Shown here in pieces: positions 10,307 to 18,885 of a stretch of DNA of 64,000 bases (the stretch's first letter is position 1; the number at the start of each line of letters is the position of its first letter). The notes under the pieces are model-generated. The model ran no database searches, was not told the DNA's origin, and saw nothing but the letters and a program-made list of their open reading frames with translations. Made by a program: the position numbers and the translations under genes. Source of the stretch: Ferruginibacter sp. (GTDB lineage: Bacteria > Bacteroidota > Bacteroidia > Chitinophagales > Chitinophagaceae); the NCBI GenBank assembly GCA_030655145.1, contig JAURWD010000291.1, forward strand, positions 1,181 to 65,180, in the 5' to 3' direction.

Positions 10307-12499
10307 ATGCAATCACTACGTTTTAAAGCAATTGACAACCTAAGGTTGAATGCTGAAGTTTCAGTAAAAGCCTCTACGAAAATCACCGGAATTTTTGGTG
10401 AGAACGTTTTTACAATGAAAGTAGCCCGCCAGTTTTTAAGCGACGAAGCTTACAAAAGCCTGGTGAACTCCATAAAAGGTGGTAAAAAGATCGATCGCAG
10501 TATGGGCAACCAAATTGCAAACGGTTTAAGAGCCTGGGGCGAAAGTAAAGGTGTAACTCACTACACACACTGGTTTCAACCCCTTACGGATTTGTCTGCC
10601 GAAAAACATGATTCGTTTTTTACTTTAAAAGGTGATGGCACTCCAATTGAAGAATTTGAAGGCGGAGCGCTTATCCAGCAAGAGCCGGATGCATCTTCGT
10701 TTCCTTCAGGTGGTTTACGTGCAACGTTCGAAGCTCGCGGTTATACTGCCTGGGATCCTTCCTCACCTGCATTTATCGTTGAGATCGGTCACGGAAAAAC
10801 TTTATGTATCCCGACCATTTTCGTTTCCTACACAGGAGAATCATTAGATGCAAAAACCCCCTTGATCAAGGCGCTGGTGGCTTTAGATAAGGCCGCGGTT
10901 GATGTAGCTCAGTATTTTGATAAGAATGTAACTAAAGTGACTGCAACCCTCGGATGGGAGCAGGAATATTTTGTGATCGATGCGAGCATGGCAAATGCCC
11001 GCCCGGATATCATCATGACAGGTCGCACCGTTTTCGGACATGCACCTGCAAAAGGACAGCAATTGGAAGATCATTATTTCGGCGCTATCCCCGAAAGAAT
11101 TTATGGTTTCATGCGTGATTACGAGCAGGAAGCTTACAAGTTGGGTATTCCATTGCGTACACGTCACAATGAGGTTGCTCCTTCACAGTTTGAGTGTGCT
11201 CCAATTTTTGAAGAGGCTAACCTGGCGGTTGATCATAACACCCTGCTTATGGATGTTATGACCCGCGTTGCAAAACGTCATGGGTTAATCGTTTTATTGC
11301 ACGAGAAGCCATTTGCCGGTATCAACGGAAGTGGTAAACATAATAACTGGAGCATTGCTACCGATACAGGCGTTAACCTACTTGCGCCGGGTAAGACCCC
11401 AAAGACAAACCTTATGTTCCTTACTTTCTTCGTTAACACGATTAAAGCGGTTCATGATTTCGCCCCATTGTTAAGAGCATCTATCGCAAGCGCAGGCAAC
11501 GATCACCGCCTTGGTGCAAATGAAGCGCCCCCCGCGATCATCTCTATCTTTATTGGAAAATACCTGACAGAAGTTTTGAACCAGGTTGAAACCAGGGTTG
11601 GTGGTAAATTTGATGAGCAGGACGAAGCCATGCTGAAACTGGACATTCATAAAACCATTCCGGAACTGATGCTGGATAATACAGATCGGAACCGTACTTC
11701 ACCGTTTGCGTTTACTGGTAATAAATTTGAGTTCCGTGCAGTTGGTTCGGCTGCAAACTGCGCTAACGCAATGACTGTGTTGAATTCAATTGTTGCGCAA
11801 ACTTTAAAGCAATTCAAGAAAGACGTTGATGCACTCATCGATGGCGGTGACAAGAAGGAAATTGCCATCATGCACGTTATCCAAAAATATATCGTAGAGA
11901 GTAAATCTGTTTTATTTGAAGGAGATGGCTACAGCGAAGAGTGGGCTGCAGAGGCAGAAAAAAGAGGCCTTCCAAATGTAAAAACTACACCGCTGGCTTT
12001 AGATGCTTACCTGCAGGAAGATGCTAAAAAATTATTTGAAGGCAACGACATCTATACACATTCTGAACTGGAAGCCCGTCATGAGATCATGCTGGAAGCG
12101 TACATCAAAAAAGTACAGATCGAAGCAAGAATCATGGGCGAACTCGCTACTTCACACATCCTGCCTTCTGCTGTAAAATATCAGAACATTTTGTTGGAGA
12201 ACGTGAAGGGATTAAAAGAAGTTGGCTTAGATGAAGCGGCTTATTCTAATCAAAAAAGTATTCTTGAAGAACTGAGCAACCACATCAACGCGATGAGTAC
12301 TGGGGTTCGGAATATGATTGAAGAAAGGAAAAAAGCAAATGCCCTTACTGATACCCGCGAAAAAGCAATTGCTTATTGCGACGATGTAAAAGGCAAGCAT
12401 TTCGATGACATCCGTTACCATGTAGATAAAATGGAATTGTTGGTTGATGATTCACATTGGTTATTGCCGAAATACCGTGAAATGTTATTCCTGAGATAA
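10307..12499 (+). CDS. glnN: Type III glutamine synthetase
   Basis: The ~730-aa length fits GS-III. Catalytic-core motifs are visible (HNEVAPSQFE, KPFAGINGSGKHNNWS, NRTSPFAFTGNKFEFR). Confidence 0.93.
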   Translation: MQSLRFKAIDNLRLNAEVSVKASTKITGIFGENVFTMKVARQFLSDEAYKSLVNSIKGGKKIDRSMGNQIANGLRAWGESKGVTHYTHWFQPLTDLSAEKHDSFFTLKGDGTPIEEFEGGALIQQEPDASSFPSGGLRATFEARGYTAWDPSSPAFIVEIGHGKTLCIPTIFVSYTGESLDAKTPLIKALVALDKAAVDVAQYFDKNVTKVTATLGWEQEYFVIDASMANARPDIIMTGRTVFGHAPAKGQQLEDHYFGAIPERIYGFMRDYEQEAYKLGIPLRTRHNEVAPSQFECAPIFEEANLAVDHNTLLMDVMTRVAKRHGLIVLLHEKPFAGINGSGKHNNWSIATDTGVNLLAPGKTPKTNLMFLTFFVNTIKAVHDFAPLLRASIASAGNDHRLGANEAPPAIISIFIGKYLTEVLNQVETRVGGKFDEQDEAMLKLDIHKTIPELMLDNTDRNRTSPFAFTGNKFEFRAVGSAANCANAMTVLNSIVAQTLKQFKKDVDALIDGGDKKEIAIMHVIQKYIVESKSVLFEGDGYSEEWAAEAEKRGLPNVKTTPLALDAYLQEDAKKLFEGNDIYTHSELEARHEIMLEAYIKKVQIEARIMGELATSHILPSAVKYQNILLENVKGLKEVGLDEAAYSNQKSILEELSNHINAMSTGVRNMIEERKKANALTDTREKAIAYCDDVKGKHFDDIRYHVDKMELLVDDSHWLLPKYREMLFLR

Positions 12500-12560
12500 T
12501 CAAATTTTCCCGCCGTATTTGATATTAATTTCAACGGCGATACATAGCTGGCAAGCAATC

Positions 12561-12601
12561 GTAATAACCGGTTCACGAAAGTGGCCGGTTATTACTTTTT
12601 G
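12561..12601 (+). terminator. Intrinsic terminator after glnN
   Basis: The 11-bp stem GTAATAACCGG/CCGGTTATTAC is followed by TTTTT. Confidence 0.85.
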
Positions 12602-12651
12602 GCACATTTGCGTTTTGCAACCCCGGGCAAAATGCTTCGGAATTTCGGCGA

Positions 12652-13581
12652 TCAAATTTTTGTAAGATAACGGTCAATAAACCGTTTGAAGGGTGGGAGT
12701 TTCAGTAACACCAGTTGAAAAAGAGCGATACCGGAAACGGCACAGGCGATGCCGGCAAGCACATCGATGATGTAATGGTGACTTGTATAAACTGCAGCGA
12801 ACCAGATACCTGCCGCGACGATAAAAAATACCCAGTTCATCCAGCCAAGTTTTTTCTGCATGGCATAGTAAAGCACAATCAGCGGGTAAGATGAATGTAA
12901 AGAGGGCATAGCGGCGAACACATTGGAACTCTTTTCATACAAACTTTTAAACACACCCGTGTTGAAGTACTCATCAAATTTATGCAGCCCGGCTGTATTA
13001 CCATTGGTGCCCTGGATAAATTCTGTGCCGTGAAGTTGGTAGTACCAGGGTGGGGCAGCGGGGTACACATAATAGATCACGAAGCCCAGCAAATTTACCA
13101 GCACAAACGTGAGTGCGAAGTGAAGAAATATTTTTTTGTCCACGAAGAACAGGTAGGCTGCAAATGCCAGTGGTACCGGTATCCAGCATAAATAAAACAG
13201 GCCCGAGAGTACATCAAGAAACGTGGTTCCATTCAACAGCCAGTATTCATTGGGCGTAACGACATTGCCGGCATAGTTAAATCCAAATAGTTGTTTTTCA
13301 GCCTGGTAGAGTTCCCCGATACGTACTTCATTCACCGTGTAATTGGGAAAGGCCTTCATATAATCGAACAGGATCCAATACACAATGAAAATAGCAAAAC
13401 CGGTTATGAATTTCCTGCTAATGGTCGAAGAAAAAAAGCACCCGTTGAAGAGGCCAACGAGGAAGAGTTGGTCCGTTTTAAAGCCAATTAAAAAAAAAGA
13501 AAATAAGAGATAGCCAAGGGAAAGAGCGAGAGATAATAAAATGTTGTTGATGGAAAACAACCGCGGATCTCTCGTTTGCAT
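12652..13581 (-). CDS. PAP2-superfamily membrane enzyme, inositol-phosphorylceramide/sphingomyelin-synthase-like
   Basis: The protein is polytopic and carries the lipid-phosphate-phosphatase C2/C3 motifs (PSLHSSYP and SHHYIIDVLAG). I set the start at the ATG at 13581 (MQTRDP); this gives a TGATG one-nt overlap with the upstream stop. The longer ORF reaches 13632. Confidence 0.8.
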   Translation of the reverse strand: MQTRDPRLFSINNILLSLALSLGYLLFSFFLIGFKTDQLFLVGLFNGCFFSSTISRKFITGFAIFIVYWILFDYMKAFPNYTVNEVRIGELYQAEKQLFGFNYAGNVVTPNEYWLLNGTTFLDVLSGLFYLCWIPVPLAFAAYLFFVDKKIFLHFALTFVLVNLLGFVIYYVYPAAPPWYYQLHGTEFIQGTNGNTAGLHKFDEYFNTGVFKSLYEKSSNVFAAMPSLHSSYPLIVLYYAMQKKLGWMNWVFFIVAAGIWFAAVYTSHHYIIDVLAGIACAVSGIALFQLVLLKLPPFKRFIDRYLTKI

Positions 13582-14210
13582 CAACTTTTTGTAGGTTGTT
13601 TTTCGAAATCCGATTTCATGACAATATCCCACAGGGAGGAGCTTACGCCATATCCTTTACTTGCATCCTGGTAATGGTGCAACATATGATGTTGCTTGAT
13701 TTTTTTTAAGACCGGGTGTTTAAAATTGTGGTGATGCATGGCATAATGCATCATGTCATAAAACAGGTACCCGAGCAGGAAGCCAGGGAAAAATGAAAAC
13801 AAAAACTGCCTGTCCAGGAAAAGAGAAAACAGCACGTAGAAAAGCGTTGCAAGAGGAATGCTTGCCGCTGGTGGCATCACTAACCTCTTTTTATCCCGTG
13901 GGTAATCATGATGAACTCCGTGAAAAATAAAATGGATCTTCTTTCCAAACTCGGAGGTAGGATGATAATGAAAAACAAAACGGTGCAGGACATATTCGGT
14001 GATGGTCCAGATGATCAAGCCACCAACAAAATATAAGGCAAAGTCTCCCAGGCTGATGCCGTTTGAAAAAGCACCATACGTGAAAAATAATATTGCGGGA
14101 ATGAAGATATACAGTGGTACAGTATAGTGGACTTTCGAAAGGCTGTTAAAAAGATTGCTTTTAAACAGTTTGATTGATTCTTCCGAATTTGACACGTAAT
14201 TCTTTTTCAT
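13581..14210 (-). CDS. Fatty-acid hydroxylase/sterol-desaturase-superfamily membrane di-iron enzyme
   Basis: Four His boxes are visible: HRFVFHYH, HGVHHDYP, HYAMHHH and HHMLHH. TM segments are present. Confidence 0.85.
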   Translation of the reverse strand: MKKNYVSNSEESIKLFKSNLFNSLSKVHYTVPLYIFIPAILFFTYGAFSNGISLGDFALYFVGGLIIWTITEYVLHRFVFHYHPTSEFGKKIHFIFHGVHHDYPRDKKRLVMPPAASIPLATLFYVLFSLFLDRQFLFSFFPGFLLGYLFYDMMHYAMHHHNFKHPVLKKIKQHHMLHHYQDASKGYGVSSSLWDIVMKSDFEKQPTKS

Positions 14211-14229
14211 CTTTAATTATTGCTTGTGG

Positions 14230-14763
14230 TCAAATTTTTAATTTCTCCCTGATCACCAACCGGCTTGCAGGCTCAATCCCGGAAACCTCAACATACTCGA
14301 TGTTCGGCGACCAGAAAGAACCACCTTCTTTGATCTTTAAAAAAATACTGGTAAGCATCACCTTCTTATTATTGATAATCGTGTAAACGCTTAATTTTTT
14401 ATCCGGACCTGGTTCCAGGTACATCTTATATTTTTTATAAGAAACGAACCGGAGTTCGTAGCGGTTATCTGCCAGTTTCGTGGTTTTTATCCCGTATGCA
14501 AACTTGCGCTGTATATAACTCAGTTCCTGCCGTTGTCCATTTTCCTGGTACCGGATCCAAAACTCGTGAATTGGATTCTCCCGGTCGATCTCACCGTTCT
14601 TATAGTTCAGCTCGTAAACGATCGTATTGGTATTTGGCGTGCGCTGCAGGTAAAACAATTGTTTCTGGTTGCCCATTGGTACCGGGAAACCATTTTGCGC
14701 TTCGGCTGCAAAATTAAGGCTTATAAAAAGGAAAATGAATAAAGGGAATTTCTTTAAATACAT
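14230..14763 (-). CDS. Secreted protein of unknown function (DUF4833-like; label from memory)
   Basis: The signal peptide is MYLKKFPLFIFLFISLNFAAEAQ. The ~155-aa mature domain has no recognisable catalytic motif. The gene sits 2 nt downstream of the CDP-alcohol transferase gene. Confidence 0.7.
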   Translation of the reverse strand: MYLKKFPLFIFLFISLNFAAEAQNGFPVPMGNQKQLFYLQRTPNTNTIVYELNYKNGEIDRENPIHEFWIRYQENGQRQELSYIQRKFAYGIKTTKLADNRYELRFVSYKKYKMYLEPGPDKKLSVYTIINNKKVMLTSIFLKIKEGGSFWSPNIEYVEVSGIEPASRLVIREKLKI

Positions 14764-14765
14764 GA

Positions 14766-15500
14766 TTATTTTCGGCTGTCTAACTCATCCAGCGCTTTTT
14801 TTGCGTCGACTAATCTTTTAAATGCAGTTATGTTTGTCAATACCGCCATAATGGTCAACGGCATTGTAAAGATCGACATGGTTTCAAATAACTGGTAGTT
14901 AGTGCCAGGTACGAAATATTTATATTCACCACCAATGAAATAGCCGATAACACCGCAGGCGAGGGCCGCCATACCGGTTAGCACTACCCGCTCCGGGCGT
15001 TGCATCAGGCCTCCCTTGTTTTGAATCCCAAGTCCTTCACTTCTCGCCCTGGTATAGCTTACCATCATGGAACCTATCAACGCGATGAAAGCAAAAAGGG
15101 AACTGAAAAAGTAGTGATGCGAAACCAGGTAATAACAGATCCCGAGAAACATGATCAACTCACTGTACCTGTCCAGCACTGAATCGAATAAGGCGCCAAA
15201 AGTTGAACTCATATTGCCTATTCTTGCCACCTGTCCATCAAGCATATCAAATAAACCCGCGAATAAAATAAGTGCTCCGGCCCAGGCCAGGTATGAGAGG
15301 TCTCCACGATTACCTTGCTCAGCTCCTTTAATAAAAATGACTGCAACGCCAATATTTAAGATCAACCCGGTAATAGTGACAATGTTTGGTGTAAAACCGA
15401 TCTTGATCAATGCCTTTACGATGGGGTTGATTACAACGTAAATCATTTTTTGAAGGCGGTCTCTTGTTAATTCATTTGCCATAAAGCATGTTTTATTCAT
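14766..15500 (-). CDS. CDP-alcohol phosphatidyltransferase (phosphatidylinositol-phosphate synthase-like)
   Basis: The family signature D-x2-D-G-x2-A-R-x8-G-x3-D-x3-D is exact (DMLDGQVARIGNMSSTFGALFDSVLD). About six TM helices are predicted by eye. Confidence 0.9.
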   Translation of the reverse strand: MNKTCFMANELTRDRLQKMIYVVINPIVKALIKIGFTPNIVTITGLILNIGVAVIFIKGAEQGNRGDLSYLAWAGALILFAGLFDMLDGQVARIGNMSSTFGALFDSVLDRYSELIMFLGICYYLVSHHYFFSSLFAFIALIGSMMVSYTRARSEGLGIQNKGGLMQRPERVVLTGMAALACGVIGYFIGGEYKYFVPGTNYQLFETMSIFTMPLTIMAVLTNITAFKRLVDAKKALDELDSRK

Positions 15501-18047
15501 TTAGAAATCGAACCTCAGTTTAGCCCTAAGGCCCCACGTATCGATATACGGATTATCCAGGTAAGTCAGCCTCTTCACAACATCTAACCTTAATAATCGA
15601 AAAATATTGGCTATACCTACACTCATTTCTATATATGGTGTTCCATTCAATGCAAAGGTCGTTGGTTTGCCTGTAGTTATATCTGTTGGAAACTTATAAA
15701 CCTCCTGGTTTTTGTCTGGATTATTTTCATCCCGAACCCCGCCGTAAAGTATTTTAAAGCTGGCAACTTCACGTAGTTTGAGCTTTTTTATCAATGGAAG
15801 TTTATTGAAGAAAAAGCCGTTAAAATAGAAGTCAAGATTGGCCGCTGCATACTTATCGCTTACAAACTCCATGAAATTCATCAGGTTATAAGAATGTATC
15901 TGGTAAGCATACGTTTGGTTCGCCCGGTGTACCATCAATAATGGGAACGGCAACTGGCCAAATGTATAACCACCTTCGAGCGAAACATCTGTGTAGCCTA
16001 GCTGCGACATGTAGATCCGCTTATCGATAGTGGTCGTAATATTTTTAAAATCATACTCCCCATTGATGAATCCTTTGAATCCCTGCGTGTAACGAACCTT
16101 AAATACCGGGTATTTATTGATGATCGGGATCCGGAAGTTTTTTCCCTGGTAGAACTGTTCGTTCGGCGCCCAGCGAAACTCAGCAGATAATTCAGATGTG
16201 ATCAGGTCATTTACAAATGAGTTGTCTTTCACTTTCTGGTAAGTGATGTCGCCGGCAGGTGTTTGTTCCCAGTTTTTGTAGGCAAAAGTGTATGACAAAT
16301 TCTTGCCAAACTCCCGTACATATTTCAGTTCAACAATATTATTGTAAAGCCACTTATTGTTGTTGCCTCGTTTAAATGATAACAGGAAATTGTCTTCATT
16401 GGTAAACAGCAGGTCTTGGCCGGGAATCTTCGTGTCATTCTGGTAGCTCAGCTTCAGGTAGTTTAGCGGGAAAGCATAAATAGACTTATGGTTGAATGAA
16501 TAAGTTGCGGCAGCCTGGTACTTCAGTTTCTTGTCCTTAAAGCCGTAGGCGAAGTAGTTTTCGAAGTAAAGAAAATTGCTAAACTTGGGCGTCGTTCTTC
16601 CACCTACTTTCAACTTAAATCCTTCAACAGGGTTGAAACTGTAGAATGTGTTGGTGTTACCAATTTCCCACGGGCCAAATGACTTGTAGCCGGAAAAAAC
16701 AAGGCTGACGATCTCGCCGAAGCGCTTGAATGACTTCATGTTCTTCAAACTGTCAATGTTATAATAAGCCTTCGTTTCCACCGTTGTCAGCGGGCTGTGG
16801 CGGTTAGCCGTCCAGAAACTATCCGGGGTATCCTTGGTTTCACGGACTACGAGATCTTTAGCACTATATACACTGTCCGCCGCTGGCTGATTGGTCACAA
16901 AATCTTTTACAGAAACGGTTCTTTCGCCCAGAACGCCTCCGGAGGCATTTTTTGTCAAAGCGAATTCAGCGAGCATGCTGCTTTTGGTAACATGAAACCT
17001 TCCATCAATTCCTTTCTCAAAATCCTGGTTAATCCTTAACTCACGTGTCCAGTTCAAATTCGCATTCTTGCTCACGGTCATGCTGATCTTCTGAACACCG
17101 TACTTTCCATCTAAGGTGACAAACATAGTACCGCGGAAAAGAAGATCGTTTGGATTCTTTGGCGTGAAATAAAGTTTCACCAATTTAATCCCATCGAGTT
17201 CGACCGTATCCCGGATATAATACCGGTAAAAGGTCGGCCCCACATCAGCGATCGGGCTCAGGAATTGCGTAGCTAGAATGTTGACGTTATTCTCGTAGAT
17301 GTTGATCTCAGCATACAGCCGGTTTAAGTACTGGCTAATACCGGCGTCATCCAGAAAGTCGCCATAATTCACCTTCTTCTCACCCAGCATTACAGTCTTA
17401 TCTTTCTCAGGATCCTTGCGGAGGTAGCGTTGAGATAATTTTTCTTCCAGGTAAACCGGCAGTAAAGATTTACCCTCGATGGTAGTGCTGTCAATATTTT
17501 CCAGGATAAATTTATAATTCCTGAACAAGCGGTTCTTAATTAGTTTTTCCGGTTTGTTTGTCAACGACAGCGACAACTTTTCATACTGCTGAAACTGGAC
17601 AAAATTGTAGGTCGTGATCTGGTTCTTAGGCTTGTTCTCAATAACGAGATCGATTAGTTGAACTGCCGGGTTATCCCGATTTCTGTACTTGCCTCTCTTC
17701 TTGGTTTTTACCACCACTTCTTTTAAGGCATCAGCGAGTTCCAATTCGATGTTGATCGTTTGTTCCTTACCGGTAGATACCTTTTTTGATATGGCTTTGT
17801 ACCCAGTTAATGAAAAGGAAATTGTTTTTAAATTATCCCGGTAGGTTACAATTGAGTAGCTTCCATCCTCGCCGGTTGTTACACCTTTGCCACCTTCGAA
17901 GTAAATACTTACGAACTGCAGCGGTTTCATGGTAATCGCATCTTTCACAAAGCCTTTTACAACAGTCTGTGCCTGCCCAACGGCACCCATCAGCAGTGTA
18001 AGCGTAAACAAAAGCCAACCCCTCTTTATCATTCTATTGAGTCTCAT
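15501..18047 (-). CDS. Large outer-membrane-barrel-like protein with an N-terminal carboxypeptidase-regulatory-like domain (DUF5686-like; label from memory)
   Basis: A signal peptide is followed by a CarboxypepD_reg-like beta-sandwich (VKGFVKDAITMKPLQFVSIYFEG...GSYSI). About 700 aa of alternating beta-strand-like sequence then ends in an aromatic terminus (LRAKLRFDF). The start is ambiguous: 18068 (the ORF track's first start codon), ATG 18047 or ATG 18032. Confidence 0.75.
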   Translation of the reverse strand: MRLNRMIKRGWLLFTLTLLMGAVGQAQTVVKGFVKDAITMKPLQFVSIYFEGGKGVTTGEDGSYSIVTYRDNLKTISFSLTGYKAISKKVSTGKEQTINIELELADALKEVVVKTKKRGKYRNRDNPAVQLIDLVIENKPKNQITTYNFVQFQQYEKLSLSLTNKPEKLIKNRLFRNYKFILENIDSTTIEGKSLLPVYLEEKLSQRYLRKDPEKDKTVMLGEKKVNYGDFLDDAGISQYLNRLYAEINIYENNVNILATQFLSPIADVGPTFYRYYIRDTVELDGIKLVKLYFTPKNPNDLLFRGTMFVTLDGKYGVQKISMTVSKNANLNWTRELRINQDFEKGIDGRFHVTKSSMLAEFALTKNASGGVLGERTVSVKDFVTNQPAADSVYSAKDLVVRETKDTPDSFWTANRHSPLTTVETKAYYNIDSLKNMKSFKRFGEIVSLVFSGYKSFGPWEIGNTNTFYSFNPVEGFKLKVGGRTTPKFSNFLYFENYFAYGFKDKKLKYQAAATYSFNHKSIYAFPLNYLKLSYQNDTKIPGQDLLFTNEDNFLLSFKRGNNNKWLYNNIVELKYVREFGKNLSYTFAYKNWEQTPAGDITYQKVKDNSFVNDLITSELSAEFRWAPNEQFYQGKNFRIPIINKYPVFKVRYTQGFKGFINGEYDFKNITTTIDKRIYMSQLGYTDVSLEGGYTFGQLPFPLLMVHRANQTYAYQIHSYNLMNFMEFVSDKYAAANLDFYFNGFFFNKLPLIKKLKLREVASFKILYGGVRDENNPDKNQEVYKFPTDITTGKPTTFALNGTPYIEMSVGIANIFRLLRLDVVKRLTYLDNPYIDTWGLRAKLRFDF

Positions 18048-18426
18048 TATTGATATTTTTAAAAACATAATTTTTTTGCAGCGGGTAATTATATGCGACT
18101 GCCACCGTCAGCGAGGTTAATAATTTTGCAAGGAGATAAAACATTCCTGCAAACCTTATCAACAGGAACACTCCCAAACTATTCAATAGCAGGTTACCCG
18201 TCCAGGTAATTAAATACCTTTTACCTTGTTGAACAGCACCTGCTCCCGCTGCTTCGAAAACCCATTGCCTGCAAATCCAGAAATTGATGATTCCGCCAAT
18301 GACCGTTCCGGTGATACTTGCATATACTGGATCGAAGTGAAGAAATTGTTTAAGCACAAATGTGACCAGGTAATCACAAAAGCTTGCAGTAAGGGAAGCT
18401 ATATTCGCTTTTAAAAATGTTTTCAT
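18034..18426 (-). CDS. GtrA-family membrane protein
   Basis: The 130-aa product has four TM segments and GtrA-like motifs (NFWICRQWVF and YNYPLQKNYVFK). Confidence 0.8.
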   Translation of the reverse strand: MKTFLKANIASLTASFCDYLVTFVLKQFLHFDPVYASITGTVIGGIINFWICRQWVFEAAGAGAVQQGKRYLITWTGNLLLNSLGVFLLIRFAGMFYLLAKLLTSLTVAVAYNYPLQKNYVFKNINNETQ

Positions 18427-18885
18427 TTAATTGAAATTATGCACTGTCACCATCGAGATATGAATGACTACCAGCGCATAAATTCCTGCCAGTGTATCAT
18501 CCGCCATTACGCCCCATCCTTTGGGAAGACTCTCTGCTTTTCTAACCCCAAGCGGTTTAACAATATCAAAAAAACGAAATGCCGCGAGGCTGATCAATAG
18601 GTACCAGATATTGTGTGGTACATATAATAACGCGATTGCCATCCCTGCTACTTCATCAATTACTACTTTACTACTGTCTTCTCCCCAATGCGCATCAACA
18701 ACATTCGAACTCCAGGTTCCAATGATGAGTATCGCGATGGGTACGAGCACCTGCCAATGTGTGTGCATGGCACTGGCAGGTACGAAGAACCAACATATAC
18801 AATAAGCAACTGCCGCAATTGTTCCGCCTCCTTTGATGTATCCGATTCCTCCAACGGATGCGAGCAGTTTATGAATTTTTATCAC
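18427..18885 (-). CDS. PgpA-family phosphatidylglycerophosphatase A-like (candidate phosphatidylinositol-phosphate phosphatase)
   Basis: PgpA motifs are present (GGIGYIKGGGTIAA, VVIDEVAGM, RFFDIVKP, GWGVMADD). It abuts the GtrA gene and overlaps the inositol-phosphate synthase stop by 4 nt. Confidence 0.88.
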   Translation of the reverse strand: MIKIHKLLASVGGIGYIKGGGTIAAVAYCICWFFVPASAMHTHWQVLVPIAILIIGTWSSNVVDAHWGEDSSKVVIDEVAGMAIALLYVPHNIWYLLISLAAFRFFDIVKPLGVRKAESLPKGWGVMADDTLAGIYALVVIHISMVTVHNFN

